64,000 nucleotides of DNA from Pedobacter sp. (GCA_050253415.1 JBFWJC010000001.1:1256679-1320678); one strand, 5' to 3'; positions 9,633-19,441 are shown, numbered from the stretch's first letter. Notes: generated by a model not told the origin, from the sequence alone. Made by a program: numbers and translations.

Positions 9633-11000
9633 ATGACGAAAGTGCGGTTTTTGAAGAAAGTTTGGCTTGGTGTGCTGGCCGCTTGCATGGGTTTGACGGC
9701 GGTGCCAGTCCAAGCGGAAATTTATGGAGTTGACTATCAGGGGTTGCATGCCGGGGTTGGTTTGAGCGCAGCCATGGGCACCTTCCACACCAACAATTCC
9801 AATTTTGGCGCCGGTGGCGTCGTTAATGGCGACAAGGACAACAGCTGGTTTGAGGCGTACATCATGCCCAGCCTGAATCTGTCCTACGACACGGGCAAGT
9901 TCGGCATGTTCTATGGAGAGTTTTCCTACGTAGGCACTCAGACTTTCGGCGGCGTTGACCCCGCAGGCTTTTCCCTGGATGACAACGGCAATGAAAATCC
10001 CGGTGACTGGGAATCCGAACTGTTCTATGCCGGGTGGAAATCCGGGAAATTGATCCCCGGGTTGCCTGAAAATGTCATCGATATCTCCTATGGTGAGCAG
10101 ACCTTTTCAATCGGCGACGGTTTCCTTGTGGCCGATGCCGAGTTCGACGGTGCCAAGGGTTGCTACTGGATCGCTCCCCACAAATCTTTCCGTGAAACCG
10201 CCATTCTCAAGATAAATACCCAACCGGTACGCGCGGATATTTTTTACCTGAAGGCCGATAAAGATTACGCCGATGCCGAACTGTACGGGATTAACGTCGA
10301 GTACATCAAAGAAGGCTGGGGTACTGTCGGTGCCAACTACATGAAAGTTACCAACGCTGACGAGAACAGCGCCTGGTATGCCAACCGCGATGGCATGGAT
10401 ATCTGGTCTGTGCGTTTCCAGGGTACTCCGCTGGCTTCTTTCGGGCTGGAGGAATTGTTCCTGTCCGGTGAGTATGCCGGGGAGAGCGGCGGGGACCGCG
10501 CAAAGGTTGATGCCTATGGCTACTATGTCGAGGCCGGCTGGACCTTTTCCAACCTGCCCTGGACCCCGACTCTCAGCTACCGTTATGCCTTTTTCTCCGG
10601 CGACGATGTTGATACCGATGAATATGAAGGTTTTGACCCTCTGTTCTACGGTTTCCTGCGTGGCTGGGGAACCCACTTCATGGGTGAGGTTACCGGCGAA
10701 TACTACCTGTTCAACAATAATCAGCATGTACAGATGGTGCATCTGAATGTATTGCCCACCGACAAACTGTCCCTCGGAGCTATCTACTACAACTTCACGT
10801 TGGACAAAGCCAGTGCCTGGGGTGTTGACTCGGATGATTTCTCCGATGAAATCAACGTTTACGCCGACTATGCTCTCAACGACAACGTGTGGCTGAGCGG
10901 CGTTTTCGGGTGTGCATTCCCTGGCGAAGGTGCTGAGCAAGCCTTCGGTGACGACCAGGCCATGATGATTGTAGAAGCTTATGTGACCTTTACCTTCTAA
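9633..11000 (+). CDS. Outer-membrane beta-barrel channel (alginate-export-like porin), candidate choline porin
   Basis: Signal peptide ending VQA. Alternating aromatic beta-strands, PTLSYRYAFFSGD, FDPLFYG and a terminal Phe. Confidence 0.8.
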   Translation: MTKVRFLKKVWLGVLAACMGLTAVPVQAEIYGVDYQGLHAGVGLSAAMGTFHTNNSNFGAGGVVNGDKDNSWFEAYIMPSLNLSYDTGKFGMFYGEFSYVGTQTFGGVDPAGFSLDDNGNENPGDWESELFYAGWKSGKLIPGLPENVIDISYGEQTFSIGDGFLVADAEFDGAKGCYWIAPHKSFRETAILKINTQPVRADIFYLKADKDYADAELYGINVEYIKEGWGTVGANYMKVTNADENSAWYANRDGMDIWSVRFQGTPLASFGLEELFLSGEYAGESGGDRAKVDAYGYYVEAGWTFSNLPWTPTLSYRYAFFSGDDVDTDEYEGFDPLFYGFLRGWGTHFMGEVTGEYYLFNNNQHVQMVHLNVLPTDKLSLGAIYYNFTLDKASAWGVDSDDFSDEINVYADYALNDNVWLSGVFGCAFPGEGAEQAFGDDQAMMIVEAYVTFTF

Positions 11001-11011
11001 CACGTTATGTC

Positions 11012-11042
11012 AACGCGGACCCTGGCTTTTGGGGTCCGCGTT
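11012..11042 (+). terminator. Stem-loop after the porin gene
   Basis: AACGCGGACCC...GGGTCCGCGTT. A second hairpin with a T-run follows near 11062-11108. Confidence 0.6.
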
Positions 11043-11171
11043 AAAAAACTTCCTCCCAGGGCTCCCCGTTCAGGCCGATAGGTTTGCGGGGGGCCTTTTT
11101 ACTTTTCTCTGTCCTGGCGGCTTTCTGGGTTGGGGTGAAATGGTTTGCACAATGAACGCGGAGTATTGCAC

Positions 11172-11483
11172 ATGGGAAGAGATGGTTCAGATGATCCCTG
11201 TCGGGGTCGCTATCTGCAGAAGCTTGCACAGAATGATGAGATCCCTGGCATTACCGTTTGTATGGGGAAATCCTGCTATGTGCGCGGAAACCAGCAGAAC
11301 CTGGTGTATATCGAGGGCTTTCTGAAGCAGCGGGGATTGGATGTGCGGGTCGATTTGCGTGGCAAGCGGTGTGGCGAGTCCTGTGAGTCCGGGCCACATA
11401 TTACTATCGGCAATTCGGCGTATAGCGATGTTACTTTGGTGAGACTCAAAGACTTGTTGGTGAAACATTACGCGTGCACGTGA
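11172..11483 (+). CDS. Thioredoxin-like [2Fe-2S] ferredoxin (NuoE-like)
   Basis: CMGKSC...CGESCESGP matches the C-x4-C...C-x3-C-x2-GP pattern. Confidence 0.7.
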   Translation: MGRDGSDDPCRGRYLQKLAQNDEIPGITVCMGKSCYVRGNQQNLVYIEGFLKQRGLDVRVDLRGKRCGESCESGPHITIGNSAYSDVTLVRLKDLLVKHYACT

Positions 11484-11523
11484 TCGGTACAGGCAGCGGC
11501 CAAGCCAGGCATGCACGAATCTT

Positions 11524-12723
11524 TTATCCCCGGCTGGGGAGGAGTGCTTCCTGCAGCATGTCTTCAACTCTGACGTGATTGGTTTCCAGCCAGCGTAGCA
11601 GGCGGACATGATGTTTCAGGTAAAACAGATACTCTTCGTCCGGGCAGTTCCCTGTCTCCAGGTAGTAGGTGTCTACGGAGGCCCATTTGATCAGCGATAG
11701 GCTGGCGGCCGTCAGCATGGGCCTGAATAGCCGGATTTCCGATGGCAAGAGGAGGCCGGGTTTGCTGGAGCGTTCGGCCCGTTCCTGATAAGACTGTAAA
11801 AATAGTGCAGCCTTTTGTAGCCAGAGTTTGCCGTCCATGGGGTCTTCCCAGCAGCTGCAGAAGTAGATGACCGCCAGGGCTACATCAAACATGCGCAGGT
11901 CGAGGCAGGCACGATCAAAGTCGAACACGCCGATGACCCGGTTGAGGTTGTATTTCTGGTTGCCAGGATGGAAATCACCATGGATGGCGATAACGGGCAG
12001 ATCCAAAGCTTCCGCCAGTTGTTCGGATGTCTGCTTGCTGATGCGCAGGATGTCCGCAAGGTTGTCCAAAAAGTATTTATCGAAGCAACTATCCTCGGCC
12101 AACTTGGCGCAACGCTGCAGGTCTGCCGGAAAACGGGACAGGACTTTAAGGATGGGTTGGTGCGGGGAGGGGAGCGACCCGGGATCGAACCCGGCCGTGG
12201 AGCAGTGGAGTTCTGCAAGGATCCTTCCGGAGTAGATGTATTCTTCGTCGCTCAGTCGGTTAGATGTCCAGGAGTATTTGTCTTCTCCGCCGATGAATTC
12301 AAACATGGCGTAATGAAGATCTTTGGCGCCCTGAGTTTCCAGGGATTTCAGTTGAACAAAGTTCTCGCCCCCATTCGTGCGTATGAGTCGCGCAATCATT
12401 TGGCTGCCGCTGGCCACAATGTGGTCTATCAGGGCGTGCTCAAAGTAGATGTGGTCAATAGATGTTTCCGGACGATAGAGGCGCAGAAGATATTTTTTGG
12501 AATGACCGTTCTTTAGCATTGTAACGCTAAAGCTCAGGTTGGTGTAGCCACCGTAAAGTTGAGCGACCTTTTGCACGTTGCCCAGGGTATAGTAATCCCT
12601 CACAACTTGCGTTGCCTGGTCGATCAGCAGGTTGCAGGGCTGCTGTTGTGGCGGCTCTACGAAGTAGGGGAGGCGTCTTGGGGGTTCCCAGTTCCTTCGT
12701 AGTAATGGTCCTCCGCCCGGCAT
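11524..12723 (-). CDS. Phosphotransferase of the APH/choline kinase/type II homoserine kinase superfamily
   Basis: GGYTN loop, IHGDFHPGN catalytic motif and FDFD metal-binding motif. Start overlaps the deoR stop (TAATG). Confidence 0.85.
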   Translation of the reverse strand: MPGGGPLLRRNWEPPRRLPYFVEPPQQQPCNLLIDQATQVVRDYYTLGNVQKVAQLYGGYTNLSFSVTMLKNGHSKKYLLRLYRPETSIDHIYFEHALIDHIVASGSQMIARLIRTNGGENFVQLKSLETQGAKDLHYAMFEFIGGEDKYSWTSNRLSDEEYIYSGRILAELHCSTAGFDPGSLPSPHQPILKVLSRFPADLQRCAKLAEDSCFDKYFLDNLADILRISKQTSEQLAEALDLPVIAIHGDFHPGNQKYNLNRVIGVFDFDRACLDLRMFDVALAVIYFCSCWEDPMDGKLWLQKAALFLQSYQERAERSSKPGLLLPSEIRLFRPMLTAASLSLIKWASVDTYYLETGNCPDEEYLFYLKHHVRLLRWLETNHVRVEDMLQEALLPSRG

Positions 12724-13550
12724 TAATCGGCCACCAGTACTCGAATGCCAAGGGCTTTGAGGTCGTGCAGGTATTCCTCGGGGAGTTTGTGATCGACAAT
12801 CAGTAAATCGACCTTATCGATGGGCGCGACTACAAGGTCGGCCACGCGGCCGAACGAGCTGTGGGTGGCAAGCACGATTATCTGCCCCCTGGTTTGCTGT
12901 ATCATGGCGCGCTCAAGGGCGGCTTCGGTAAAGGAAGGAGTGGTTATGCCGTCGCGGAAGCTGATGCCGTCAGGAATCAAAAAAGCCTTTTTGGGGTGAA
13001 GCTCCTGAATCGTTTCCATGGTCAGCGCTCCTTCCATGGAGTGGGTTTCGGGACGGTACTCGCCGCCAAGAAGGATCAATTCGGCCCTTTTCCCCTTGAT
13101 CTCCTGGATGGCGCCTACATTGTTGGTATAGACACGAACGGGCATGTCCGGATCAAGGTGCCGCAATACATAAAGTGCCGTGGTCCCCGAATGGAGAAAC
13201 AGGGTGTCGTGGGGTTCGATCAGGGAGGCGGCTTTGCGGCCGATCTGATCCTTGATATCGGGCAGTTCCTTAAGTCGGGTTTCGTAAGGCTCCTCGTGGG
13301 TCATACGTTCCTGGCGATAAACCGCACCACCATACGTACGTTCAAGGAGGCCTTGGCGCTCAAGGGTTTCGAGGTCGCGACGAATAGTCATTTCCGACAC
13401 GCCCATCATTTCGCTCAAATCCGTTACTCGAATAGTAAGTCTTTCCCTTAACAGGTCGCGGATTCGCATATGCCGTTCCGCTGGCAGTAACTGGTCGTTA
13501 TGGCTAACCTGTCCATTGGCCTTGGTAGTCTTATTATTGTCTTCAAGCAT
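12723..13550 (-). CDS. DeoR/GlpR family transcriptional regulator
   Basis: HTH VSEMTIRRDLETLE...RTYGGA. Sensor domain with SGTT, TNN and LLGGEYR. Confidence 0.93.
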   Translation of the reverse strand: MLEDNNKTTKANGQVSHNDQLLPAERHMRIRDLLRERLTIRVTDLSEMMGVSEMTIRRDLETLERQGLLERTYGGAVYRQERMTHEEPYETRLKELPDIKDQIGRKAASLIEPHDTLFLHSGTTALYVLRHLDPDMPVRVYTNNVGAIQEIKGKRAELILLGGEYRPETHSMEGALTMETIQELHPKKAFLIPDGISFRDGITTPSFTEAALERAMIQQTRGQIIVLATHSSFGRVADLVVAPIDKVDLLIVDHKLPEEYLHDLKALGIRVLVAD

Positions 13551-13551
13551 C

Positions 13552-13613
13552 GTGTTTGTTCGATCCTTTCGTTTTTTGTTCTTTTATAGCACTTTTGGAA
13601 GCTTTAGGGCAAT
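13552..13613 (-). promoter_or_regulatory. deoR promoter with candidate autoregulatory operator
   Basis: Minus strand TTGCCC-N18-TATAAA, followed by GAACAAAAAACGAAAGGATCGAACA. Confidence 0.55.
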
Positions 13614-13999
13614 GGAAGTTTTTACGATAAGTGTCTGCTAAAATACGTTTTTGATTCCCGGGATTACCGCTTGACCGGCGGTTTTAGGAGTTTTGTGGAG
13701 ATCCTCTTCTCCCTTTGAAGTGCGGAGCCATAGTTGGGGCGGGTTTGTTAGACGATGAGCATTACCATATGAAGAATTATGTTTGCTTGTGAGAAGCTTA
13801 GCGGTGCGGTGCGTGGTATATGCTGTCATCCCGATGTTTGGATTAAAAGGCTTTAGGTGTATTTGAAGATGTTGAAAAAACGTGGTTTTATGATTCGCTG
13901 TCAAGGCTATGAGATAGGGCTTTCCAGGCGATTGCAGGGGTGTGTGCAGATCAGGGCTAGGGTGTTCTAGGATGCTCGATGTTTCTTTTAAAATAACAC

Positions 14000-14029
14000 T
14001 TGACAACATAAACGAACATGACCTAGAGT
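14000..14029 (+). promoter_or_regulatory. Sigma70 promoter/operator of permease operon 1
   Basis: TTGACA-ACATAAACGAACATGACC-TAGAGT. Confidence 0.75.
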
Positions 14030-14556
14030 TTGATTGTTCATGTGGACACTAAAGTTACTTGAGGGCGACGGCTCTCGGGCCTGTTTGTTTACGGATGTTT
14101 GCGTTAGCTTGTTACGCGTTGCATTTGTAATACATAGGTTGCAAAGGGCGTACAGGTGCATGCAACGATCCGTTTGGAGTTTGTTCCAAATCGGGTTTTA
14201 GCAAGTCCTTTTAAGTTGCAGGACTTCGGCACTTACGACGCAATAGGTTGGTTCGATTGTGGTTGCTGTCTGGGTGATGGTCGCCGGACGGGTTTGAGAT
14301 GTGTTTTCGAGGCGATGAATGCCAAGCGGATTGAATGCGAGGTCCTTTGTTTCATGGGGGCTCGTCTGCTGACCCGTGGAGGGCAAATCCTCCAAAGGTG
14401 GGCACTGCCGGCTGCCTCATCGGTCGGTGTTTTGGTAATCCACAAAAGTATTATGCAAATGATTGAGTTGCCCTTTTCTGATTGAAGTGTGCTTTACCAA
14501 TGGCAGTTTTCACTCTAAGGGTAGGACAAAACAACCATTTTATTGGAGACGGCATT

Positions 14557-15588
14557 ATGGCTAACGGGGTGCAATCAGCAAGTATCGCCGGAACACGGGT
14601 TTCGGCACGGCAAGTTTTTGAACAAAAAGAACTGGGGTTTGTCAAGCGAGGCCTGGCAACCGCTCTGGGTTCGGGTATGTTGTGGGGGCTTGACGGTGTC
14701 ATTCTCGGCATAGCGCTGGCGATGGCTCCTTTTACCGCGGGTGCCACGATGTATGCGGCACCACTGGCCGGTTCGGCATTGCATGACGGGTTCGCCGGTC
14801 TGTGGCTGGCTCTTTACAATATCTTTACCGGTCGCTGGAAAGACATCGGCCGTTCCTTGAAAACCTTCCCTGGTTTTATCGTTTGCCTGGGGGCATTGCT
14901 CGGCGGCCCGATCGGCATGGGTGCCTATCTGCTTGGTATTAACTTTGCCGGCGCTGCTTATGCCATGGGGATTTCCGCCGGCTATCCGGTCGTTGGCGCC
15001 ATTATGGCCCGTCTGATTCTCAAAGAAAAAATCAGCCCTCGTGTCTGGGCCGGCATTCTTATCTGTGTGGCCGGTGCAGTCATTCTTGGCTATGTTCCGC
15101 CTGAGGGTGGCTCTATGCCGCACTTCTACCTCGGTATCGGTTGTTCCTTGCTGGCTGCATTTGGCTGGGGTACGGAAGGTGTTCTGGCTACCTTCGGTAT
15201 GGACATGGTAGACCCGGCGGTCGCCATTAATATTCGCGAAGCCACTTCCTGTGTTGTTTCCTTGCTGGCAGTCCTTCCGTTTGTTGCCGGACTGGCTGTT
15301 TTCGGTCAGGCGCTGATTACGCCTAATGTTGTGTGGATTATCGCTCTTGCAGGTTTGGCCGGTGGTTTCTCCTACCTGCTCTGGTACAAGGCTTTCAGCA
15401 TGTGCGGTTGCAGTCGCTGCATGGCCCTGAACATCACCTACGCTATCTGGGGTCTGGTGTTCTCCTATTTCCTGACAGACGTTGCGATTACCACCAACCT
15501 GGTCATCGGCGCCATCGTCATCACCATTGGCGCTATCATGGTCGTTGGCAATCCCAAAGAAATGATCAACCTGCGGGCGGAGGTTTAA
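14557..15588 (+). CDS. DMT/EamA permease, LicB-like (candidate choline importer), copy 1
   Basis: About ten hydrophobic segments in two EamA repeats. Motifs LHD, GGPIGM, LKEKI, GWGTEGV and ALNITY. GGAG RBS before ATG 14557. Confidence 0.85.
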   Translation: MANGVQSASIAGTRVSARQVFEQKELGFVKRGLATALGSGMLWGLDGVILGIALAMAPFTAGATMYAAPLAGSALHDGFAGLWLALYNIFTGRWKDIGRSLKTFPGFIVCLGALLGGPIGMGAYLLGINFAGAAYAMGISAGYPVVGAIMARLILKEKISPRVWAGILICVAGAVILGYVPPEGGSMPHFYLGIGCSLLAAFGWGTEGVLATFGMDMVDPAVAINIREATSCVVSLLAVLPFVAGLAVFGQALITPNVVWIIALAGLAGGFSYLLWYKAFSMCGCSRCMALNITYAIWGLVFSYFLTDVAITTNLVIGAIVITIGAIMVVGNPKEMINLRAEV

Positions 15589-15589
15589 A

Positions 15590-15874
15590 ATGGCAGCTGT
15601 ACTTCCAATGCGTTTCCGGATCCTTCATTACTTCTCCACTGTGAAGGAAGCTTCGACAAAAGAACTGATGAACGGCCTGCGTTCCGAATACGGCAGCGAA
15701 GGGCAGTTCAACGAAAATGTCATCAACGAACATCTCATGTCCATGCGGGCAGGAGGACTGATCGAAACCAACGATATCGAATTGGACCAGAGCAATAACC
15801 TGGTTGTCAATTATTCGATCACCGAATTCGGGCAGGGGCGTCTCAAGTATCTGCCTAAATCCTGGAAGATCTAA
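15590..15874 (+). CDS. Small winged-helix-like protein, partner of the permease (copy 1)
   Basis: Starts 1 nt after the permease stop, with a GGAGG RBS. Ends in a YSITEFG-type wing motif. Paralogue at 37102-37383. Confidence 0.8.
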   Translation: MAAVLPMRFRILHYFSTVKEASTKELMNGLRSEYGSEGQFNENVINEHLMSMRAGGLIETNDIELDQSNNLVVNYSITEFGQGRLKYLPKSWKI

Positions 15875-15887
15875 ACGTAAGCAGCAG

Positions 15888-15930
15888 CTGAAAAATCGCC
15901 GTCCTAATGATCGGGGCGGCGATTTTTCAG
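15888..15930 (+). terminator. Intrinsic terminator
   Basis: CTGAAAAATCGCCGTCC...GGGGCGGCGATTTTTCAG. Confidence 0.75.
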
Positions 15931-15992
15931 AGTAATTGGTGAATGGTGATTGATTTTAAATGATTTTGACCCATCACCAGTCACCAGTTACT
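15931..15992. repeat. Inverted heptamer-repeat hairpin
   Basis: AGTAATTGGTGAATGGTGAT pairs with ATCACCAGTCACCAGTTACT and shows 7-nt periodicity. Confidence 0.65.
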
Positions 15993-16190
15993 GGGAGTCT
16001 GTCGGACTATCCATGAGCCGGCTGCAAATTCGTTTGTTTGGCCCATATTTCAGGTCCTTTTTGGCCCATAGTTACAACTATGAACCTTCAAACGACCTAA
16101 AATCTGTTCTCAAACATCCAAATTTTCGCTTCGCCCCTTATAGTCCGACAGGCTCCTAGTCACTCCGTTTCACTGTCGAGAGGTAACACC

Positions 16191-17147
16191 ATGAGTGAAC
16201 AAGCAACGATAAAAGGCGTGGTTTTCGATATCCAGAAGTATTCCATGCACGATGGTCCCGGCGTGAGAACGCTGGTCTTCCTTAAGGGATGTCCTCTGCG
16301 CTGTAAATGGTGTTCCAACCCTGAAAGTATTTCCTCCGCATTTCAAGTAATGTGTCTGGCCGACCAGTGTGTTTCCTGCGGTCGGTGTATCGATGTCTGT
16401 CCTTCCGGGGTTCACAAAATGGTAGCCGTCAGCAATGGTCAACCGCAGCACCAGGTCGACCGTACCGCAACCTGCATCGGTTGCGGTGTCTGCGCGAAAA
16501 GTTGCCCAGCCAAGGCGTTGCGTATTGCGGGCAAGGAAATGACGGTGGACGAAGTGGTCAGCGTCATTATGGAAGATCAGTTTTTTTATTTCACATCCGG
16601 CGGGGGGGTAACCATCGGCGGTGGTGAACCGACTTTTCAGCCGGCCTTCGCCGGTGCCATACTACGTCAAGCTCGTCTCAATGGCGTGCATACCGCCATG
16701 GAAACCTGTGGCCAGTCAACGTGGGAGATCTATCAGGAGCTGGCACCTTACACCGATCTGTTTCTTTATGATCTCAAGCATATTGATCCTGATAGGCACA
16801 AGGCCAATACCGGTGTCAGCAATGAACGGATTTTGGACAACCTCGCCCGCCTGCTCGAACTCGGGGCCAATGTGCTGGTAAGGATCCCGCTGATCGCAGG
16901 AGTGAACGATGACGTCGATTCACTGTCCCGGGCTTTGTCCTGGCTTGAGAAGACCGCGAACAATGCCTCCAATCTCAAAGGGGTCGAGGTCTTGCCTTAT
17001 CACCGCTTGGGGGAAAGCAAATACCATCAGCTCAATGAGGAATATCCCATGGGCGCCATGGCCGGGCATACGGACGATCAGTTGAAAGAGGTTGAAAAAA
17101 TTCTTTTGCAATTCAATCTGCCGGCGCGTATCGTTAAGCACGGCTGA
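16191..17147 (+). CDS. cutD: Choline TMA-lyase activating enzyme (glycyl-radical activase, radical SAM)
   Basis: HDGPGVRT and CPLRCKWC.SNPE, with an inserted ferredoxin domain (two CxxCxxCxxxCP), GGGEP and LPYH. Lies near cutC. Confidence 0.88.
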   Translation: MSEQATIKGVVFDIQKYSMHDGPGVRTLVFLKGCPLRCKWCSNPESISSAFQVMCLADQCVSCGRCIDVCPSGVHKMVAVSNGQPQHQVDRTATCIGCGVCAKSCPAKALRIAGKEMTVDEVVSVIMEDQFFYFTSGGGVTIGGGEPTFQPAFAGAILRQARLNGVHTAMETCGQSTWEIYQELAPYTDLFLYDLKHIDPDRHKANTGVSNERILDNLARLLELGANVLVRIPLIAGVNDDVDSLSRALSWLEKTANNASNLKGVEVLPYHRLGESKYHQLNEEYPMGAMAGHTDDQLKEVEKILLQFNLPARIVKHG

Positions 17148-17610
17148 TTGGCATCGGTCTTGCTCTTTAACAGCGTGTGCGTTTTTTATACACGGAGGTG
17201 GCCTTGTTCTTCCTCCGCCTTTAGCGCATTGGCGTCAGCTTTATATCAGTGAATTGTTGCTGACTCCCTGGTCTGCACGTAAAAATCCAGAACCTTGAAA
17301 ATTCAATGCATTCGGGGCGGGGCTTATGCCTGCCGCTTGGCACGTTTGCGCCTGACAGGAATGACTTTTAACGGAGTCTTTCCTTTGTGCCGGTCTGCAA
17401 GCCTGAATGATGCGGCACGTTGTTCTATCTATTTTTAATAATTTTGGCTAGATGTTGCTGATGGATAGTGATATGTTTTTCAGCACGACTGCCTTATTTT
17501 TAGAAGCACCTGTAGATAAATTTTGTTGGTTTTTAAATACCTTTAATCATGCTCGGAGTACGGGGCTCTTCAGCCGCAATTTTTTTCGGGCTTTTGCATG
17601 AGGTACCATT

Positions 17611-18036
17611 TTGGACAAGATCGATTGGACGCTCTGGTTACAGGTGGGCAATTTTCTGTTGTTGATCGTGATCCTGCAGCGGTTGCTGTATCGGCCGTTA
17701 CTGGCGATTCTTGATCAGCGTCAGGTCCGTCAGGATAACGCTGTGCAGCGCAGCCGGGATCTGGAGGCGCAGATCGCACAGCAGCAAGACGCTTTTGACG
17801 CACAACTGTCGCAGGCCAAGCTGCAGGCGCAGCAGGCGCGCAGCGCGGCGTTGGAGCAGGCACAAAAACAACAAGCCTTGCTGATCGGCGAAGCGCACGA
17901 TCAGGCTATGGCTACCCTGGAACAGGTCCGCCGCGAGGTGGCCGGGCAGCTTGCCGTCGAAGCCGGGCTGCTACAAAGCTATGCCGCGCGCCTGGGCGAT
18001 GATGTGGCTGAACGACTGTTGGGGAGGCCGCTGTGA
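17611..18036 (+). CDS. ATP synthase Fo subunit b'
   Basis: N-terminal TM helix (Q..NFLLL...LLYRPLL) followed by a coiled coil. TTG start. Confidence 0.85.
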   Translation: MDKIDWTLWLQVGNFLLLIVILQRLLYRPLLAILDQRQVRQDNAVQRSRDLEAQIAQQQDAFDAQLSQAKLQAQQARSAALEQAQKQQALLIGEAHDQAMATLEQVRREVAGQLAVEAGLLQSYAARLGDDVAERLLGRPL

Positions 18037-18608
18037 TAAACACCAGACGATGGATTCGGATTGCAGGCCTGAGTGCCCTGGCGTTGCTGGTAGCGGGAAG
18101 TGCCCTTGCCAGCGAAGCGGGTGGACATGGCGGCGGACAGGTTAAAGATTTTCTGTACCGTTTGCTCGACTTCGGCATTACCTTCGGTGCGCTGTATTTT
18201 CTTTTGCGCGGACCGCTCAAACGGGCCCTTGGAGATCGCCGTCAACGGCTGGTCGATGAACTCGAACAGTCCCGTCAGTTGCAGGCAAGTGCAGAGAGTC
18301 GATTTGCCGCCTGCCAGCAACAGTTGGTTGATGCCGATGCCCAGATTGCCAAACTTACGGCCGAGCTGCAGGGTGAAAGTGTCATGCAGTGCCTCCGCAT
18401 TGAAGAACAGGCGCAAAAACTGGCGGCGGACATCCGTGCCGAAGCTTCTCGCAGTGCAGAACGTGAAGTTGCTGCGGCGCGCAAACAGCTGCATGCCGAA
18501 GCCGTGCGGCTGGCGATGGAATTGGCCGAACAGCGCATCAAGCAGCATATGGTACCCGAAGATCAGGCGCGTATGGTTGACGAATATCTGCGCAAGGCAG
18601 GGGAGTAA
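18033..18608 (+). CDS. atpF: ATP synthase Fo subunit b
   Basis: Leader/TM segment, then a coiled coil ending AMELAEQ...DQARMVDEYL. Confidence 0.88.
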   Translation: MINTRRWIRIAGLSALALLVAGSALASEAGGHGGGQVKDFLYRLLDFGITFGALYFLLRGPLKRALGDRRQRLVDELEQSRQLQASAESRFAACQQQLVDADAQIAKLTAELQGESVMQCLRIEEQAQKLAADIRAEASRSAEREVAAARKQLHAEAVRLAMELAEQRIKQHMVPEDQARMVDEYLRKAGE

Positions 18609-18610
18609 TA

Positions 18611-19156
18611 GTGAAAACAACAGCGATATCAAGACGGTACGCCAAGGCATTGGTCAACCTGGCGGCACGCGACGGGCAACTCGAAGCGACCTTCGAGCAG
18701 CTCGGCAGGTTGCAGCAGGCGTTTGCCTGTGAGCCGCGTTTGTTGCCACTGCTGAGCAGTCCGACGTTGGCGGCCGATAAAAAAGCTGGTCTTCTGGAGG
18801 GGCTGAGCAGTTACCTGCAACTGAGCAAGACTCTGCGTAATTTGCTGGGACTGTTACAGCAGCGTCAGAGGTTGGAATACTTCGACGCCCTGGTAGCGGC
18901 CTTTCGCGAGCAGGCCGATATACAGTTGGGCATTGTACGTGCGCAGGTGCAAAGTGCGCAACCTCTGGATGCAAACCAACGACAGGCTATTAGCGCGCAA
19001 TTGGAAAAACGCTACGGTAAACAACCGGCGCTGGAGTTGGCCGTTGATCCGGAGCTTTTGGGTGGCGTGCGCATCGAAGTTGACGGGCAGGTGCTTGATG
19101 GAACGCTGCGGTCCGGACTGCGCCGGATGGCGGGATATCTCAACCTGAATCCGTGA
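18611..19156 (+). CDS. atpH: ATP synthase F1 delta
   Basis: RRYAKAL and VDPELLGG...DG. Confidence 0.93.
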   Translation: MKTTAISRRYAKALVNLAARDGQLEATFEQLGRLQQAFACEPRLLPLLSSPTLAADKKAGLLEGLSSYLQLSKTLRNLLGLLQQRQRLEYFDALVAAFREQADIQLGIVRAQVQSAQPLDANQRQAISAQLEKRYGKQPALELAVDPELLGGVRIEVDGQVLDGTLRSGLRRMAGYLNLNP

Positions 19157-19287
19157 GTTAGTGCTCATTCGGAAACTCTGGATGGGCATAGTGTCGTTTT
19201 TATATGGGAAACGAGCCGTTTTCGGATGAAAATGAGTCAGGGATAGGAACATGGCCCGGTTACATTTTATGGATTCCGGTTCAACAA

Positions 19288-19441
19288 TAGATGCTTTCGC
19301 AAAAAGACATGAGATGGCTAGTCAGAAACTTTGTCCGGCAAGGTGTCGTGGTTTTTCAGGGGGAAAGGCATACATAGGGTATGTACAGGTCCTGAAAAAA
19401 CGCGGCAACGCTGTAGGGCGGATTTTTTGCGATGCGATCAA
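19288..19441. mobile_element. Non-coding MITE-like element in the atpH-atpA spacer
   Basis: Imperfect terminal inverted repeats TAGATGCTTTCGCAAAAA and TTTTTGCGATGCGATCAA. Internal palindrome TTTTTCAGG..CATAC..GTATG..CCTGAAAAA. Confidence 0.55.

Noticed and set aside
14378..14420. c-di-GMP-I riboswitch (GGGCAAA...)
   Set aside because: It lacks the GAAA tetraloop and the GACGCAAA junction, so the match is too degenerate.
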